DNA of 20,000 bases from Hydrurus foetidus (lineage: Eukaryota): NCBI GenBank assembly GCA_900617105.1, contig UYFQ01000853.1, positions 55,899-75,898 of the forward strand, written 5' to 3'. Below the pieces are notes generated by a model, which had not been told where the DNA came from, searched no databases, and saw nothing but the letters and a program-made list of their open reading frames with translations. Positions 10,219 through 19,889 of this stretch are shown in pieces (position 1 is the first letter of the stretch; every line of letters starts with the position of its first letter). The position numbers were made by a program, and so were the translations under genes.

Positions 10219-11831
10219 ACATCATATCATGGTGTTCGCAAATCCTACCTTTTTTTGCCTAAAACGTTATTTAATTTGTTCTCAGCCGCTCACCAACTAA
10301 TACAGTTGGTCTCAATTTTCTAAATGTGAGTTTGCTGTTTGACTCTTTTCGTAGAGCCTGAAATGTAGGTTACTCCAATCTACATATTCCTTTACGGCTT
10401 CATCAAATCTTGTTGAAGTCGCAGCTCTAATGCTGACTTCAATATTGTCACCAGCCCTATCGAGTCTGCACTCATCGGAAACCTAAAGAAAGTTGCACAT
10501 TATAATTATGTAAGTGGTAGAAGGACAAGGACCGCAGGAAATTACCTATATCTAAAGTTGAAGGTAGATTCTTGCAGCGCAAGTATAGCCCGACAGAGTT
10601 CATCCAGTTCAGTAAGTAAAATAGTTTAGGTAAATTCGATTGACAGCGCTTTTGGAAAACTGAAGTAAAAGAAAACCTTAAAAGAAGTGTCATCACATCG
10701 AGCGCAAAATTGTAGCTACAGCGACGCATTACTCATGAAGATTCACTCATAAATAGTCGTCAAAACTTTCGCAGGACCCGACAGACACTGCGTGAAATTT
10801 TTGTCTTCTACAAACCTTCCCAATGAGAGCTGACTTCTCAGTGCTATTGTTCAATGTCTTGTGGCACTTCCTGCCAGAGGAAAACACCTAAGTCGGAGAT
10901 CAAGAGTGTTCACCAAGATGATCAATGCTCTCTTTCAACAAAAATTTGAGAAAAGAAGAGCTTGAAACCAAAATAACTTTTTACAACTGAGTCCTCAACT
11001 GTTAGAATCTCAATTGAACAAATTCGATGCTAATTTGACCCCAAAATCTCATAATTTGCGTCAAAAGCCCACTAATTTCCAATCCACATTTTGCTTTTTT
11101 TTCATATTTGTTTGCCCCATAAATTGGTGAAGTTTGATCAAAAAAATGGTTGAGGTTTTTTTGATCAAAATTACGGAAAATTTGGTTCACCACAAATCCA
11201 ATTTGATTCAAAAAAGAAGTTAAAATAATTTGAATCGATTTCATCAATATTTGCTCCGATTTCATTCTATTTGCATAACCAATAATTACCATCCATTAGT
11301 CTACGTGTTTCGGTAAATTTCTTCAATTTTTTTCAGTGAAACTCGGCATCAATTTTTGAAGTGAAACGGTCCAAATTCTGAGTGTCTTCCAGCAAAGTTC
11401 AGTTAATTTCGCCTGAAAAATACTTCGCCTTTTCTGCGCAAATCCACAGAAAAGCGTCATCGCCGGCTGAATTTCAAAGATGACAGAGATGACTTCGATT
11501 GTCGATAATTTCATCTATGACAACAGCGTCAACTGCAGCCATGTCGCCGGAGTGACTGCTGTGAACGCAAGAATTAAGACCATATCACTCGAAATTTGAA
11601 CTAAATGTCTTCAATTGGGACTGATATCACCCATGTTTTAAAGAGATTCACAAAAATAATCCACATGAATCCCTTTAAAATAGGCCTGTATTCCCCCAAG
11701 AATTGGTGCAATTTACTTTAATTAGAGAAGAAATGACTGAACTTTATGTGAACCAATTTCCCATTTTTTGAATGAATTCACCAAAAAATTTGATTATTTT
11801 CGCTACTTTTTGACTTTGAGATTAACTGAAT

Positions 11832-11865
11832 TTTATTTGAACCAATTACCATTTATTTGAACCAA
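11832..11865. repeat. 20-bp tandem repeat (TTTATTTGAACCAATTACCA), continuing at 17601-17618 beyond LTR element 2
   Basis: About three copies once element 2 is excised; likely the subterminal repeats of the MULE right end. Confidence 0.7.
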
Positions 11866-12128
11866 TATGGCTCTGATCGGGATCTAGGACGATGGCACCG
11901 AAGTTGGTAGGACAGAGGGCGGGACACGGAGGGACGAAGGAAAGCGACGTTGTTAGGATAACGTTGTGATTATAGTTTACAGTTAAAGGATAGGTGAAGT
12001 ACAGTCTCCTAACAAGGCGGGAGTTCTATGTAGAACTAAGACCCAAAACTGGAATCTGGGCGTATTGTACCTATTGTACCTAGTTAACCTAGACACATTG
12101 TATCCACCTAGGGATGCATAAGGCTACA
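11866..12128 (-). repeat. 3' LTR of element 2
   Basis: Matches 17334-17596 except at ~11883 and ~11998. Confidence 0.94.
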
Positions 12129-12142
12129 CTACCCCTTCTTCC
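12129..12142 (-). promoter_or_regulatory. Polypurine tract of element 2 (GGAAGAAGGGGTAG)
   Basis: Immediately adjacent to the 3' LTR on the - strand. Confidence 0.9.
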
Positions 12143-12328
12143 TTTTTTGAAAATCAACACCATGTGTTAGAAAAAAAAAAGTATATGTATATATATATAG
12201 CGTATAAAAACTTGAAACGATTATGTCAGACTTTTACTGACTAAACTCTCCAAAAAAGACCCGTAGGTAAAAAAAAAATGGGAGAGAATCCTCATGGATA
12301 AAGTTTCAAGGATATATGTATATAAAAG

Positions 12329-15300
12329 TCAACGATGTTGTTTATTGATTAAATTGGTCATACTATTATGACGTAAATAATCATGAAGTTTAACAACGTC
12401 ACGAAGACTTGAATAAGGTTCCCAAGTGTTTTTGTCAGAAGGGTAATTTAACCACTTGACTAAAAACTCTATGTGGGTGCGTTGATGTTTACCACGATGT
12501 TCAAGAATATCTTCAACGAAGTATTCCATGTGATCACGTCGTGCAACATCTAACGGATTTGTGATTGATGAGTCAAATAGAAAAGGTTTCATGGAAGATA
12601 CATGAAATTCTGATGTTTTCTGAGTGACGAGATCATATAAAGTGTAACGCGAATTTTCGCCACTAACGACTTTTAATGGACCTCTCCAATGCGTGTGAAG
12701 ACGTGAAGGAGGTGATCCATCGCGATAGTGCACCAAGACATAAGAGTCTTTTGGATACTCTACATGTTGAAAGATTTGAGACTGACTTTGATGAAGCAAA
12801 TCTGTGCGAAGAAGTTCTTTAGCCGAAGCTTTAAGAAGGCTTTCTTGCGTTTTGAGCAGATTGCTCATACGCTTTGACAAAGGTTTGTCATCAGTAACGT
12901 TTCGCTCAGCAGGAGGTAAAAAAATTCCTCTGTCGAGTTTCAGTACATTTCCGAAAAGAAGTTGAGAAGCTGATATCTTTAAACGATCACTGTGGTTAGA
13001 ATTTAAAATTCGTTGCACAAAAGGAAGTGATGTTTTATAATCTTCTAGTGTGACATTATCGAATGTTAATGCACGAAGATGTCTATTAACTTCTTTATTC
13101 ATGCGCTCAACAATAGCATTTTCTTCTTTAGAGTATGCTAAAGTAAGACAATGTTGAGTGCCAATAAGAGTTAGAAACTCTTTGATAACTTCGGAAATGA
13201 AGTGTGGCCCATTATCAGAACGGAGTTGGAGAGGTGCGCCGAAACGACCGAAATGTTGCAAGAGGCATTTAGCTGTTGAAAGTGCCGTAGCATCTTCTGT
13301 ATGAAACAGTTCAACCCATCTTGTGAACGTATCGATAATTACGAGTACGTACCCGCCGTCTGGAAACGGTCCTATGAAGTCTATGTTAAGGCATTCCATA
13401 GGTGTGTAAGTAGAAGTTGAGAAGCCATGAGCATTTATTGGTATCTTTAACATACTCATCTTCTGACAACACGAACAGTGATCTATGAACCACCTGACAT
13501 GCTGTCGCATATATTGCCAAATTTCATTATTATCTTTGAGACGCTTTAGAGTGCGCTCTAGACCGAAATGTCCAACTTGTGAGTTGTGTACTTTACTGAT
13601 AATATTGTACTGCTCACGTGTTAGTTTAAATTTCTCAATAATATTAGCAGACATGATTGCATCAGGAGTATATTCCTGAGGGAAATCAACCATGTTATTG
13701 CGACAGAGTCGAGACATCGAATCAGCTATATCATTGTTAGATCCAGGTATATACTCAATCTTAAATGAATATTCGGATAAGGCCATAAACCACCGAACAA
13801 TCATTGGATTTGAATTATCCTTGATGTATAACAAGTTACGATGATCTGTTCGTAATGTAAACAAACGATCACGTAATAGCGATTTTAAATACGTGCACGA
13901 ATAAAAGATAGCATATGCTTCTTTCTGTATAACAGCCCAACGAAGCTGAGCTTTGTTAAGTGATTTACTGACAAATGCTATGGGCGTTTCTTGACCGTCA
14001 ACTAACTGGAAAAGATAGGCACCTACACCGTAGTCCGATGCATCAGTGTGCAAGTAAATCGGATCGGTGTCACTTAAAAAGTGCATAGTCGTGCATTTAG
14101 AAATCTCAGATTTGATCAAATTGAATGCTCTGAGAGCTTCTATTGTCCAAGTTATTTTCTTATACTTATTATAGTTAAGAAGCAACTGATGTAACGGGTA
14201 TACAACAGTAGAAGCGTTTCTAACAAAGTCGTGAAAATAATTAACCAATCCTAAAAAACTTTTAAGTTGTTTAGATAGTACTGGTTTAGGAAAATCTAAG
14301 ACAGTCCGTATTTTTTCTTGTGACATTCTAAGTCCATCCGCAGATAGAACTTTGCCAACATAGTCTATTTCGGCATAGCCTAGATAACACTTATTCGGTT
14401 TAAGGAATATTTTGTGTTTTCTAAAGCGTTCAAAAACAAGACGAAGTCTCGAAATGAGTTCATCAATGTCTTTACCGAAAACATTGCAATCATCGATGTA
14501 CATTTCGCATATAGAGTATATCAGACCTGCTAACACAACAGTCGTCATGATCTGTTGGAAATAGGAGGGAGCTTGTTTTGGCCCAAAGGGTAAACGAGTG
14601 AATTGATATACTCCGCAGAAAAGTATGAATGCAGTAAAAGCACGTGCAGCGAGTGTAAGTGGTGCTTGATGATAACCTTGAGTGAGGTCAAGCACAGCAA
14701 ACACTTTTGCTTTATGTGCACCTATTCTACGCAACATCTCACCGATGTGTGGAATAGGATGTGATTTATCTTCGGTACAATTGTTGAGATTCCGAAAATC
14801 AATACACATGCGCTTAGTTCCATCAGATTTTGGAACTAGTAAAACTTGGCTATAATAAGCCGCGTTTGATTTTTCAACAATATTATGTTTTTCAAGTTTT
14901 TTAATTTGACTAAGAATGTCAGCTTGATCAACTGTTGATTTAGACCATGGAGGTTGTCTATTTCTAGGAACTCTCCATTGGTCGTCATTGACATGAAAGT
15001 CAAAAGGTGGAATATCAGCAGGAGTGGCCGAAAGTTCACTGCTAAATATATCCTTGAATTCGTTTACTAGTAATCGAAGTTTATTTTTCTGATCTTCATC
15101 ACCTGCTAAGTTTATTAGCGAGAGTGGGTCAGTATCAGGAAACTCATCTATCCAAGGTGAAAACGAGTCCTTGATCGAGTCGTCGATTTCATCCTCATCA
15201 GGGGGCACAGACTCAAAAAGTCTTTCAGACTCTTGTATTAGTGAGGCTAGAATAACGTGTGTTTGAGTGACTGCCGGTTTCACCTTTTGGGTTAAAGGAT

Positions 15301-17203
15301 CGACTTTTGGGGAGCCGTCGGAGGGTAGCAAATTCTCCTTAGGCTGACAGCCACACGTTATATCCACCTGCTCAGAAGATAAAACTTCCGCTAATGGGAT
15401 TGTGCTTGATGAAGCATTGGCAGATATTTGATCGGGGAATCGTGAAAACAAATTCAATTCGCGAATTGTTTTTCGTCCCACTATTAGATCAAATTTTGAA
15501 TCGTTTAAAACATAAGCCGTGATTTGAAAAGTATAATGATTATTTAAATCAGGGCAAAAATAAGAAAGAGTTAAGTCTATAGTGTCAGAAATATCATAAC
15601 AATGATTATCTAATCCACTACAAACTTTACACAATTTCTTTGAAGAGTTAGATACGAATTGTGTGAAATTGAGGTTAGTTAAAATGCGGCGATGTATAAA
15701 GTTGCCAGCAAAAGAGCCGGTGTCCAGGAGAGTAAAGACTCTATTACTTTTTTCCAGCATAACCTCCTGTGAGAGGGGAGATACGAAGAAAGGAATAAGT
15801 TCTGGATCATCGGAAAGAATAGATGATGAATTTAGGTTGCATAGTTGCTCACCTTTGTGTTTCTTCGCAGCGTTTGTCGAGTCTGCTGTTGAAGTAGCAG
15901 GTTTTGACGAAGAGGAAGAGGAGGAAGAGGAAGACGATGAAGAAGAGGTCGATGGCTTAGGTAAAGTTGGGATAAACTTAGCCTTCGAATCGACTTTCAA
16001 CAACTGCTTATGACCCTCAGAGTTAATGTAGGGTGTCTGAGTACTATTATAGTACGGAGACATAGTGTAGAAACACGTGGCGACGAAATGGCCTAATCTC
16101 CCACAACCTGTGCACAGAGGTCTTTCGAATTTATCAGACTTGTCTGATTGCACAGATTGCTCGTCCTCTCGTGGACGTTTTTTGATTTTGTCCTGAGAGG
16201 AACGAGCAGGAGCTTTGATTTGGCGAGAGTTATCACCATACAAAGGAGAGACATCAATGAACCGTAAGGCATCAATTGATTCTCGTAGCTTAGCAAGCTG
16301 CGCAAGCCATACGAATCGGAAGTCTTCGATTGTAATGAGTCTTGGCGTTGTATTGTTAAGGCTACGCTGTAACACTGCTCTCCAATTGATAGGTTCGACA
16401 GGCAACTTATCGATTAGAATTTTGGTTGCCTGAAGTTGGAGAGCGGGTGTTGCATCAGGGAATCCATCAACAATATCAGCTAAAAGCTGATCTGTCTTGT
16501 CTTCCACTGATTTATTCTTCAGGTCGAATTGAAGTGCGACCTGAGGAACAGTTTCGATGAAACTTAGCTTGTCAGTTCGATTGACAGCTGATGTAGGAAC
16601 TGTGAGATTGAGTTCTCTACAGAACAATTGATTCGACCAATGTTTCCAATTGTTACAGGAGTCGCGACGATCGGGATCAGTCGCAAACTTACGCTTGAGA
16701 AGCGTTGTAAACGATTGATGGTTGGAAACATGGACTACGTCAACTGGTTTAAATGGAGTTCCATTTGAAAGGAGAACTTCCATTACCCGTAGTACTTCCT
16801 GACGAGAGGGCACGGCGCTCAACTTAGGAGCTCTCTCACCCGTTTGCACATATTGCTGGGGTGGTGCCATCGTCCTTGGAATAGGATTCTCAGCTGAAGC
16901 TGGTGTCGCAGCCGAAGCTGGTGTCGCAGCCGAAGCTGGTTGTAACGACAAAGCGTTCAATGCAGAAATGACAGGGGCATCAATGGCAGACATGACCGCA
17001 GGCTCCGAATTCCGCTGAGGAATCGGTGCAGACAGGTCGCCGGCGGGGTCCTGAGTCGCAGGTGACCCAGGAAAATCTGCATCTGCTCGTCGTTGGTTAT
17101 GCTCATCATGACGTTGGCGGAAAGCGACGGCCACAGCTCGAGGCTGCTGTCGTCGGAGGGCGTTGATGGAGCTAGTCTTCTTCTCCTGGCGTCGTACTGC
17201 CAT
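12329..17203 (-). CDS. Single-ORF Gag-Pol polyprotein (Gag with CCHC knuckle, aspartic protease, RT, RNase H, integrase, chromodomain), 1624 aa
   Basis: Motifs CTGCGRLGHFVATC, LLDTGS, LDLTQGYHQ, LPFG, YIDD, TDASDYGVGA, H-x4-GH...CSCC, IDF/SDNG/VER, WRGPLKV and YFVEDILEHR...FLVKWLNYPSDKNTWEP. Confidence 0.97.
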   Translation of the reverse strand: MAVRRQEKKTSSINALRRQQPRAVAVAFRQRHDEHNQRRADADFPGSPATQDPAGDLSAPIPQRNSEPAVMSAIDAPVISALNALSLQPASAATPASAATPASAENPIPRTMAPPQQYVQTGERAPKLSAVPSRQEVLRVMEVLLSNGTPFKPVDVVHVSNHQSFTTLLKRKFATDPDRRDSCNNWKHWSNQLFCRELNLTVPTSAVNRTDKLSFIETVPQVALQFDLKNKSVEDKTDQLLADIVDGFPDATPALQLQATKILIDKLPVEPINWRAVLQRSLNNTTPRLITIEDFRFVWLAQLAKLRESIDALRFIDVSPLYGDNSRQIKAPARSSQDKIKKRPREDEQSVQSDKSDKFERPLCTGCGRLGHFVATCFYTMSPYYNSTQTPYINSEGHKQLLKVDSKAKFIPTLPKPSTSSSSSSSSSSSSSSKPATSTADSTNAAKKHKGEQLCNLNSSSILSDDPELIPFFVSPLSQEVMLEKSNRVFTLLDTGSFAGNFIHRRILTNLNFTQFVSNSSKKLCKVCSGLDNHCYDISDTIDLTLSYFCPDLNNHYTFQITAYVLNDSKFDLIVGRKTIRELNLFSRFPDQISANASSSTIPLAEVLSSEQVDITCGCQPKENLLPSDGSPKVDPLTQKVKPAVTQTHVILASLIQESERLFESVPPDEDEIDDSIKDSFSPWIDEFPDTDPLSLINLAGDEDQKNKLRLLVNEFKDIFSSELSATPADIPPFDFHVNDDQWRVPRNRQPPWSKSTVDQADILSQIKKLEKHNIVEKSNAAYYSQVLLVPKSDGTKRMCIDFRNLNNCTEDKSHPIPHIGEMLRRIGAHKAKVFAVLDLTQGYHQAPLTLAARAFTAFILFCGVYQFTRLPFGPKQAPSYFQQIMTTVVLAGLIYSICEMYIDDCNVFGKDIDELISRLRLVFERFRKHKIFLKPNKCYLGYAEIDYVGKVLSADGLRMSQEKIRTVLDFPKPVLSKQLKSFLGLVNYFHDFVRNASTVVYPLHQLLLNYNKYKKITWTIEALRAFNLIKSEISKCTTMHFLSDTDPIYLHTDASDYGVGAYLFQLVDGQETPIAFVSKSLNKAQLRWAVIQKEAYAIFYSCTYLKSLLRDRLFTLRTDHRNLLYIKDNSNPMIVRWFMALSEYSFKIEYIPGSNNDIADSMSRLCRNNMVDFPQEYTPDAIMSANIIEKFKLTREQYNIISKVHNSQVGHFGLERTLKRLKDNNEIWQYMRQHVRWFIDHCSCCQKMSMLKIPINAHGFSTSTYTPMECLNIDFIGPFPDGGYVLVIIDTFTRWVELFHTEDATALSTAKCLLQHFGRFGAPLQLRSDNGPHFISEVIKEFLTLIGTQHCLTLAYSKEENAIVERMNKEVNRHLRALTFDNVTLEDYKTSLPFVQRILNSNHSDRLKISASQLLFGNVLKLDRGIFLPPAERNVTDDKPLSKRMSNLLKTQESLLKASAKELLRTDLLHQSQSQIFQHVEYPKDSYVLVHYRDGSPPSRLHTHWRGPLKVVSGENSRYTLYDLVTQKTSEFHVSSMKPFLFDSSITNPLDVARRDHMEYFVEDILEHRGKHQRTHIEFLVKWLNYPSDKNTWEPYSSLRDVVKLHDYLRHNSMTNLINKQHR

Positions 17204-17333
17204 AATGTTGGCGTTGCGGGTAAAGTTGGAGGAGGAGACGGATGGAAAGAGGGAGGAGAAAAAAAATTTCTCGGATTGAACTTTGACGAAACTTTGATGG
17301 AAGTAACTTTGGTGAATGACCGAATATCGATAT

Positions 17334-17596
17334 TATGGCTCTGATCGGGACCTAGGACGATGGCACCGAAGTTGGTAGGACAGAGGGCGGGACACGGAGG
17401 GACGAAGGAAAGCGACGTTGTTAGGATAACGTTGTGATTATAGTTTACAGTTAAAGGATAGGTGATGTACAGTCTCCTAACAAGGCGGGAGTTCTATGTA
17501 GAACTAAGACCCAAAACTGGAATCTGGGCGTATTGTACCTATTGTACCTAGTTAACCTAGACACATTGTATCCACCTAGGGATGCATAAGGCTACA
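17334..17596 (-). repeat. 5' LTR of element 2
   Basis: Matches 11866-12128; followed on the - strand by ATATCGATATTCGGTC. Confidence 0.94.
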
Positions 17597-17792
17597 CCAA
17601 TACCCATTTATTTGAACCCGAATAAATAGCATCCCCCTACGGTGGCGTTTTCTGACATTGGGGTGCGTTCGGTAAATTCCGATAATAAAAGCTTCAGATT
17701 TCACATTCTGAATTTCAACCCAAAATTCGAAATGGGAAATCTGAAAAAGTCTGGGTTCCCTCGTGCGGGAAATTTTACCTAACAGTAACGGC

Positions 17793-18390
17793 TGTGACCT
17801 TTGAGGGCTAGAAGGAAGGGAAGTCTAAAGGCTAAAAGAAGCTGGTTAGTTAGGGATGCAACAGAAGGTACGCTAGTAACTTCTGCAAAGCAGCACAAAC
17901 TAGCTAGTGACTGATAGTCGTGGCTGTGAACACGAAGGTACTAAGGTGGAAACAGCATCTAATCGGCTGAATGGGGTAGCAGACCCTGAGGGACCTTACG
18001 GCGACCAGACTTCGGAGACTTGCTCGCGATAGTAAGAATTGCTCGCAAACGAGAATTTCGAATAAAATTCGAGATTCTCCACGCAGGTAATCGGGTGAGT
18101 TAGGGCAGCAGGGTAGCGTAGAGGATGGTAGCTTAGAGTAGGAGGATAGGGTCTAAAGAAGAGAAACTGAAGGAAGTAGATCTACTGTGACCTTTGAGGG
18201 CTAGAAGGAAGGGAAGTCTAAAGGCTAAAAGAAGCTGGTTAGTTAGGGATGCAACAGAAGGTACGCTAGTAACTTCTGCAAAGCAGCACAAACTAGCTAG
18301 TGACTGATAGTCGTGGCTGTGAACACGAAGGTACTAAGGTGGAAACAGCATCTAATCGGCTGAATGGGGTAGCAGACCCTGAGGGAACCA
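17793..18390 (-). mobile_element. Small non-coding LTR element (TRIM-like or internally deleted LTR retrotransposon), 598 bp
   Basis: 201-bp identical direct repeats at 17793-17993 and 18186-18386, outer termini TG...CA, 4-bp TSD CGGC (17789-17792, 18391-18394) and ~190 bp of internal sequence. The strand is inferred. Confidence 0.8.
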
Positions 18391-18402
18391 CGGCATTTTC
18401 CC

Positions 18403-18472
18403 TGAAAATGGAAAAAAATGAAATGAAAATGAAAATGAAAATGAAAATGAAAATGAAAATGAAAATGAAATT
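18403..18472. repeat. (AAAATG)n microsatellite
   Basis: Direct reading; it produces the spurious MKMKMK ORF. Confidence 0.93.
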
Positions 18473-18545
18473 GAACTACACTCGCCTTTCAATTATCTCC
18501 ACAATTATCTTCACAACAATCTCACTGCCCCATATCTGAATAGAT

Positions 18546-19670
18546 ATGGATACCAATGGTGAAGTCAATGTCTTGCTCTTAGTAGCTCTTGTACTTCCTG
18601 GTGTCTACCAAGTACGCATGCAGCCGATTCCACAACATAATTCAGTCCTCACAGGGGATCTCTATTACAGACAGATAATGGGTACAGTCAATGTCAACCG
18701 ATTCTTGCAAGTTGTAAGAATGGATAAGGAGACATTCAACTTGTTGAAAGACGTTCTAACTGGTCCCGGTGAATTACGAAATTCAATGTATATTTGCGCC
18801 GGTCAGAAGATAATGATATTGATCCATGTCCTTCGCGGCCACACGAGCCGAGAGACAGCAGAAAGATTTCAGCACAGTAGCGCGACCATTTCCGAGATTA
18901 TTCATGAAGTGAGCGACTGTCTCATAAGTGTTAAACATTTGATATTCGTTCCTGCAAAGGAAGGTGATCCACTTCCTTCGCAAATAGCGAACTCAGCGAA
19001 ATTTTCTCCTTTCTTCAACGACTGTATTGGGGCAATTGATGGGATGCATATTCATGCGGTCATTCCTTTGGCATTGCAGGGTCCATACCGCAATAGAAAA
19101 AAAATTATTTCGCAGAACGTACTCGGAGTTGCAAATTTCGATCTTACTTTCGGATACGCTCTATTTGGATGGGAGGGATCTGCCCACGACAGTAGGGTGT
19201 TGGACGACGCTCGAGCGAGGGGGTTACCTTTAATACCTGGAAAGTACTATTTGGGCGATGGTGGATATGGGCTTAGTAGGTATGTTCTCACGCCGTATAG
19301 GGGAGTACGTTATCATCTTGTTGAATTCGACCTTAATGGACATGGTCCCCTGAACAGTAAAGAGCTTTTTAATTTACGTCACTCATCTCTAAGGAAGAGA
19401 AAGACTGTTCGGTGTGAATAAACGGAGGTTCCCTGTGCTAGTGAAAATGAGCCCCTATTTGAACAATGCAATATAGCATTGTTGTTTTTTACTTCATAAT
19501 TTTGTCCGTATCAATCATTAACTGAAGACGAATTTTTTGAATTCGATGATAATAATGTACCTGACTGTGCAAATGAACGACGATATTGAGGTGAAGAAGT
19601 GGTGCAGAAATGAATAAACATGGCGGAGGCAGCTGATGCTATGTGGGCCCATACCAGATTCCACTTCTAA
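18546..19670 (+). pseudogene. PIF/Harbinger (DDE_Tnp_4, HARBI1-like) transposase, frameshifted near 19395
   Basis: Motifs CIGAIDGMHI, YRNRK..SQNVL, GWEGSAHDSRVL, YYLGDGGY, TPYRGVRYHL and ELFNLRHSSLR. The continuation ERLFGVNKRRFPVL, LHNF and ADAMW lies in shifted frames downstream. Confidence 0.9.
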
Positions 19671-19889
19671 GCACCGAACTATTTAAATTTGCTAACTTCA
19701 TAATTTTTTTTTACACAAGTTGATTTTTTACTTAAGACTGAATCAGGAATGACGGAAAAAAAAGAACATACAAAATAGGCGCGACAGCACTTTGAAATTG
19801 AAGCTGAGAGGGCAAAACATAAATGTTACTGTGAGTTCATGAGATGTACGATCAGTTGCTACATCGCCTTTAAAATACAGGAGTGAGAT

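Larger units (their letters stand above)
11866..17596 (-). mobile_element. Ty3/gypsy chromovirus LTR retrotransposon, copy 2 (5731 bp), apparently intact
   Basis: 263-bp LTRs differing at 2 positions, TSD CCAA (11862-11865, 17597-17600), PPT at 12129-12142 and an uninterrupted polyprotein. Confidence 0.97.
3279..17635 (+). mobile_element. Defective Mutator-like (MULE) DNA transposon, ~2.9 kb once the two nested LTR elements are removed
   Basis: Direct repeat CCCCTACGGTGG at 3269-3280 and 17634-17645. This reads as an 8-bp TSD CCTACGGT with GGG termini, or a 10-bp TSD with GG termini. The ends are weakly inverted (GGGAATATATTTAAT vs GGGATGCTATTTATT on the - strand), both ends carry GGTTCAAAT motifs in inverted orientation, and there is an internal WRKY/FLYWCH-type transposase fragment. 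Confidence 0.6.

Noticed and set aside
11002..11514. AT-rich minus-strand ORFs (96 aa and 63 aa)
   Set aside because: Low-complexity composition and no motifs; probably non-coding transposon interior.
18300..18539. 79-aa ORF with MKMKMK
   Set aside because: Reads through an LTR and the (AAAATG)n microsatellite.
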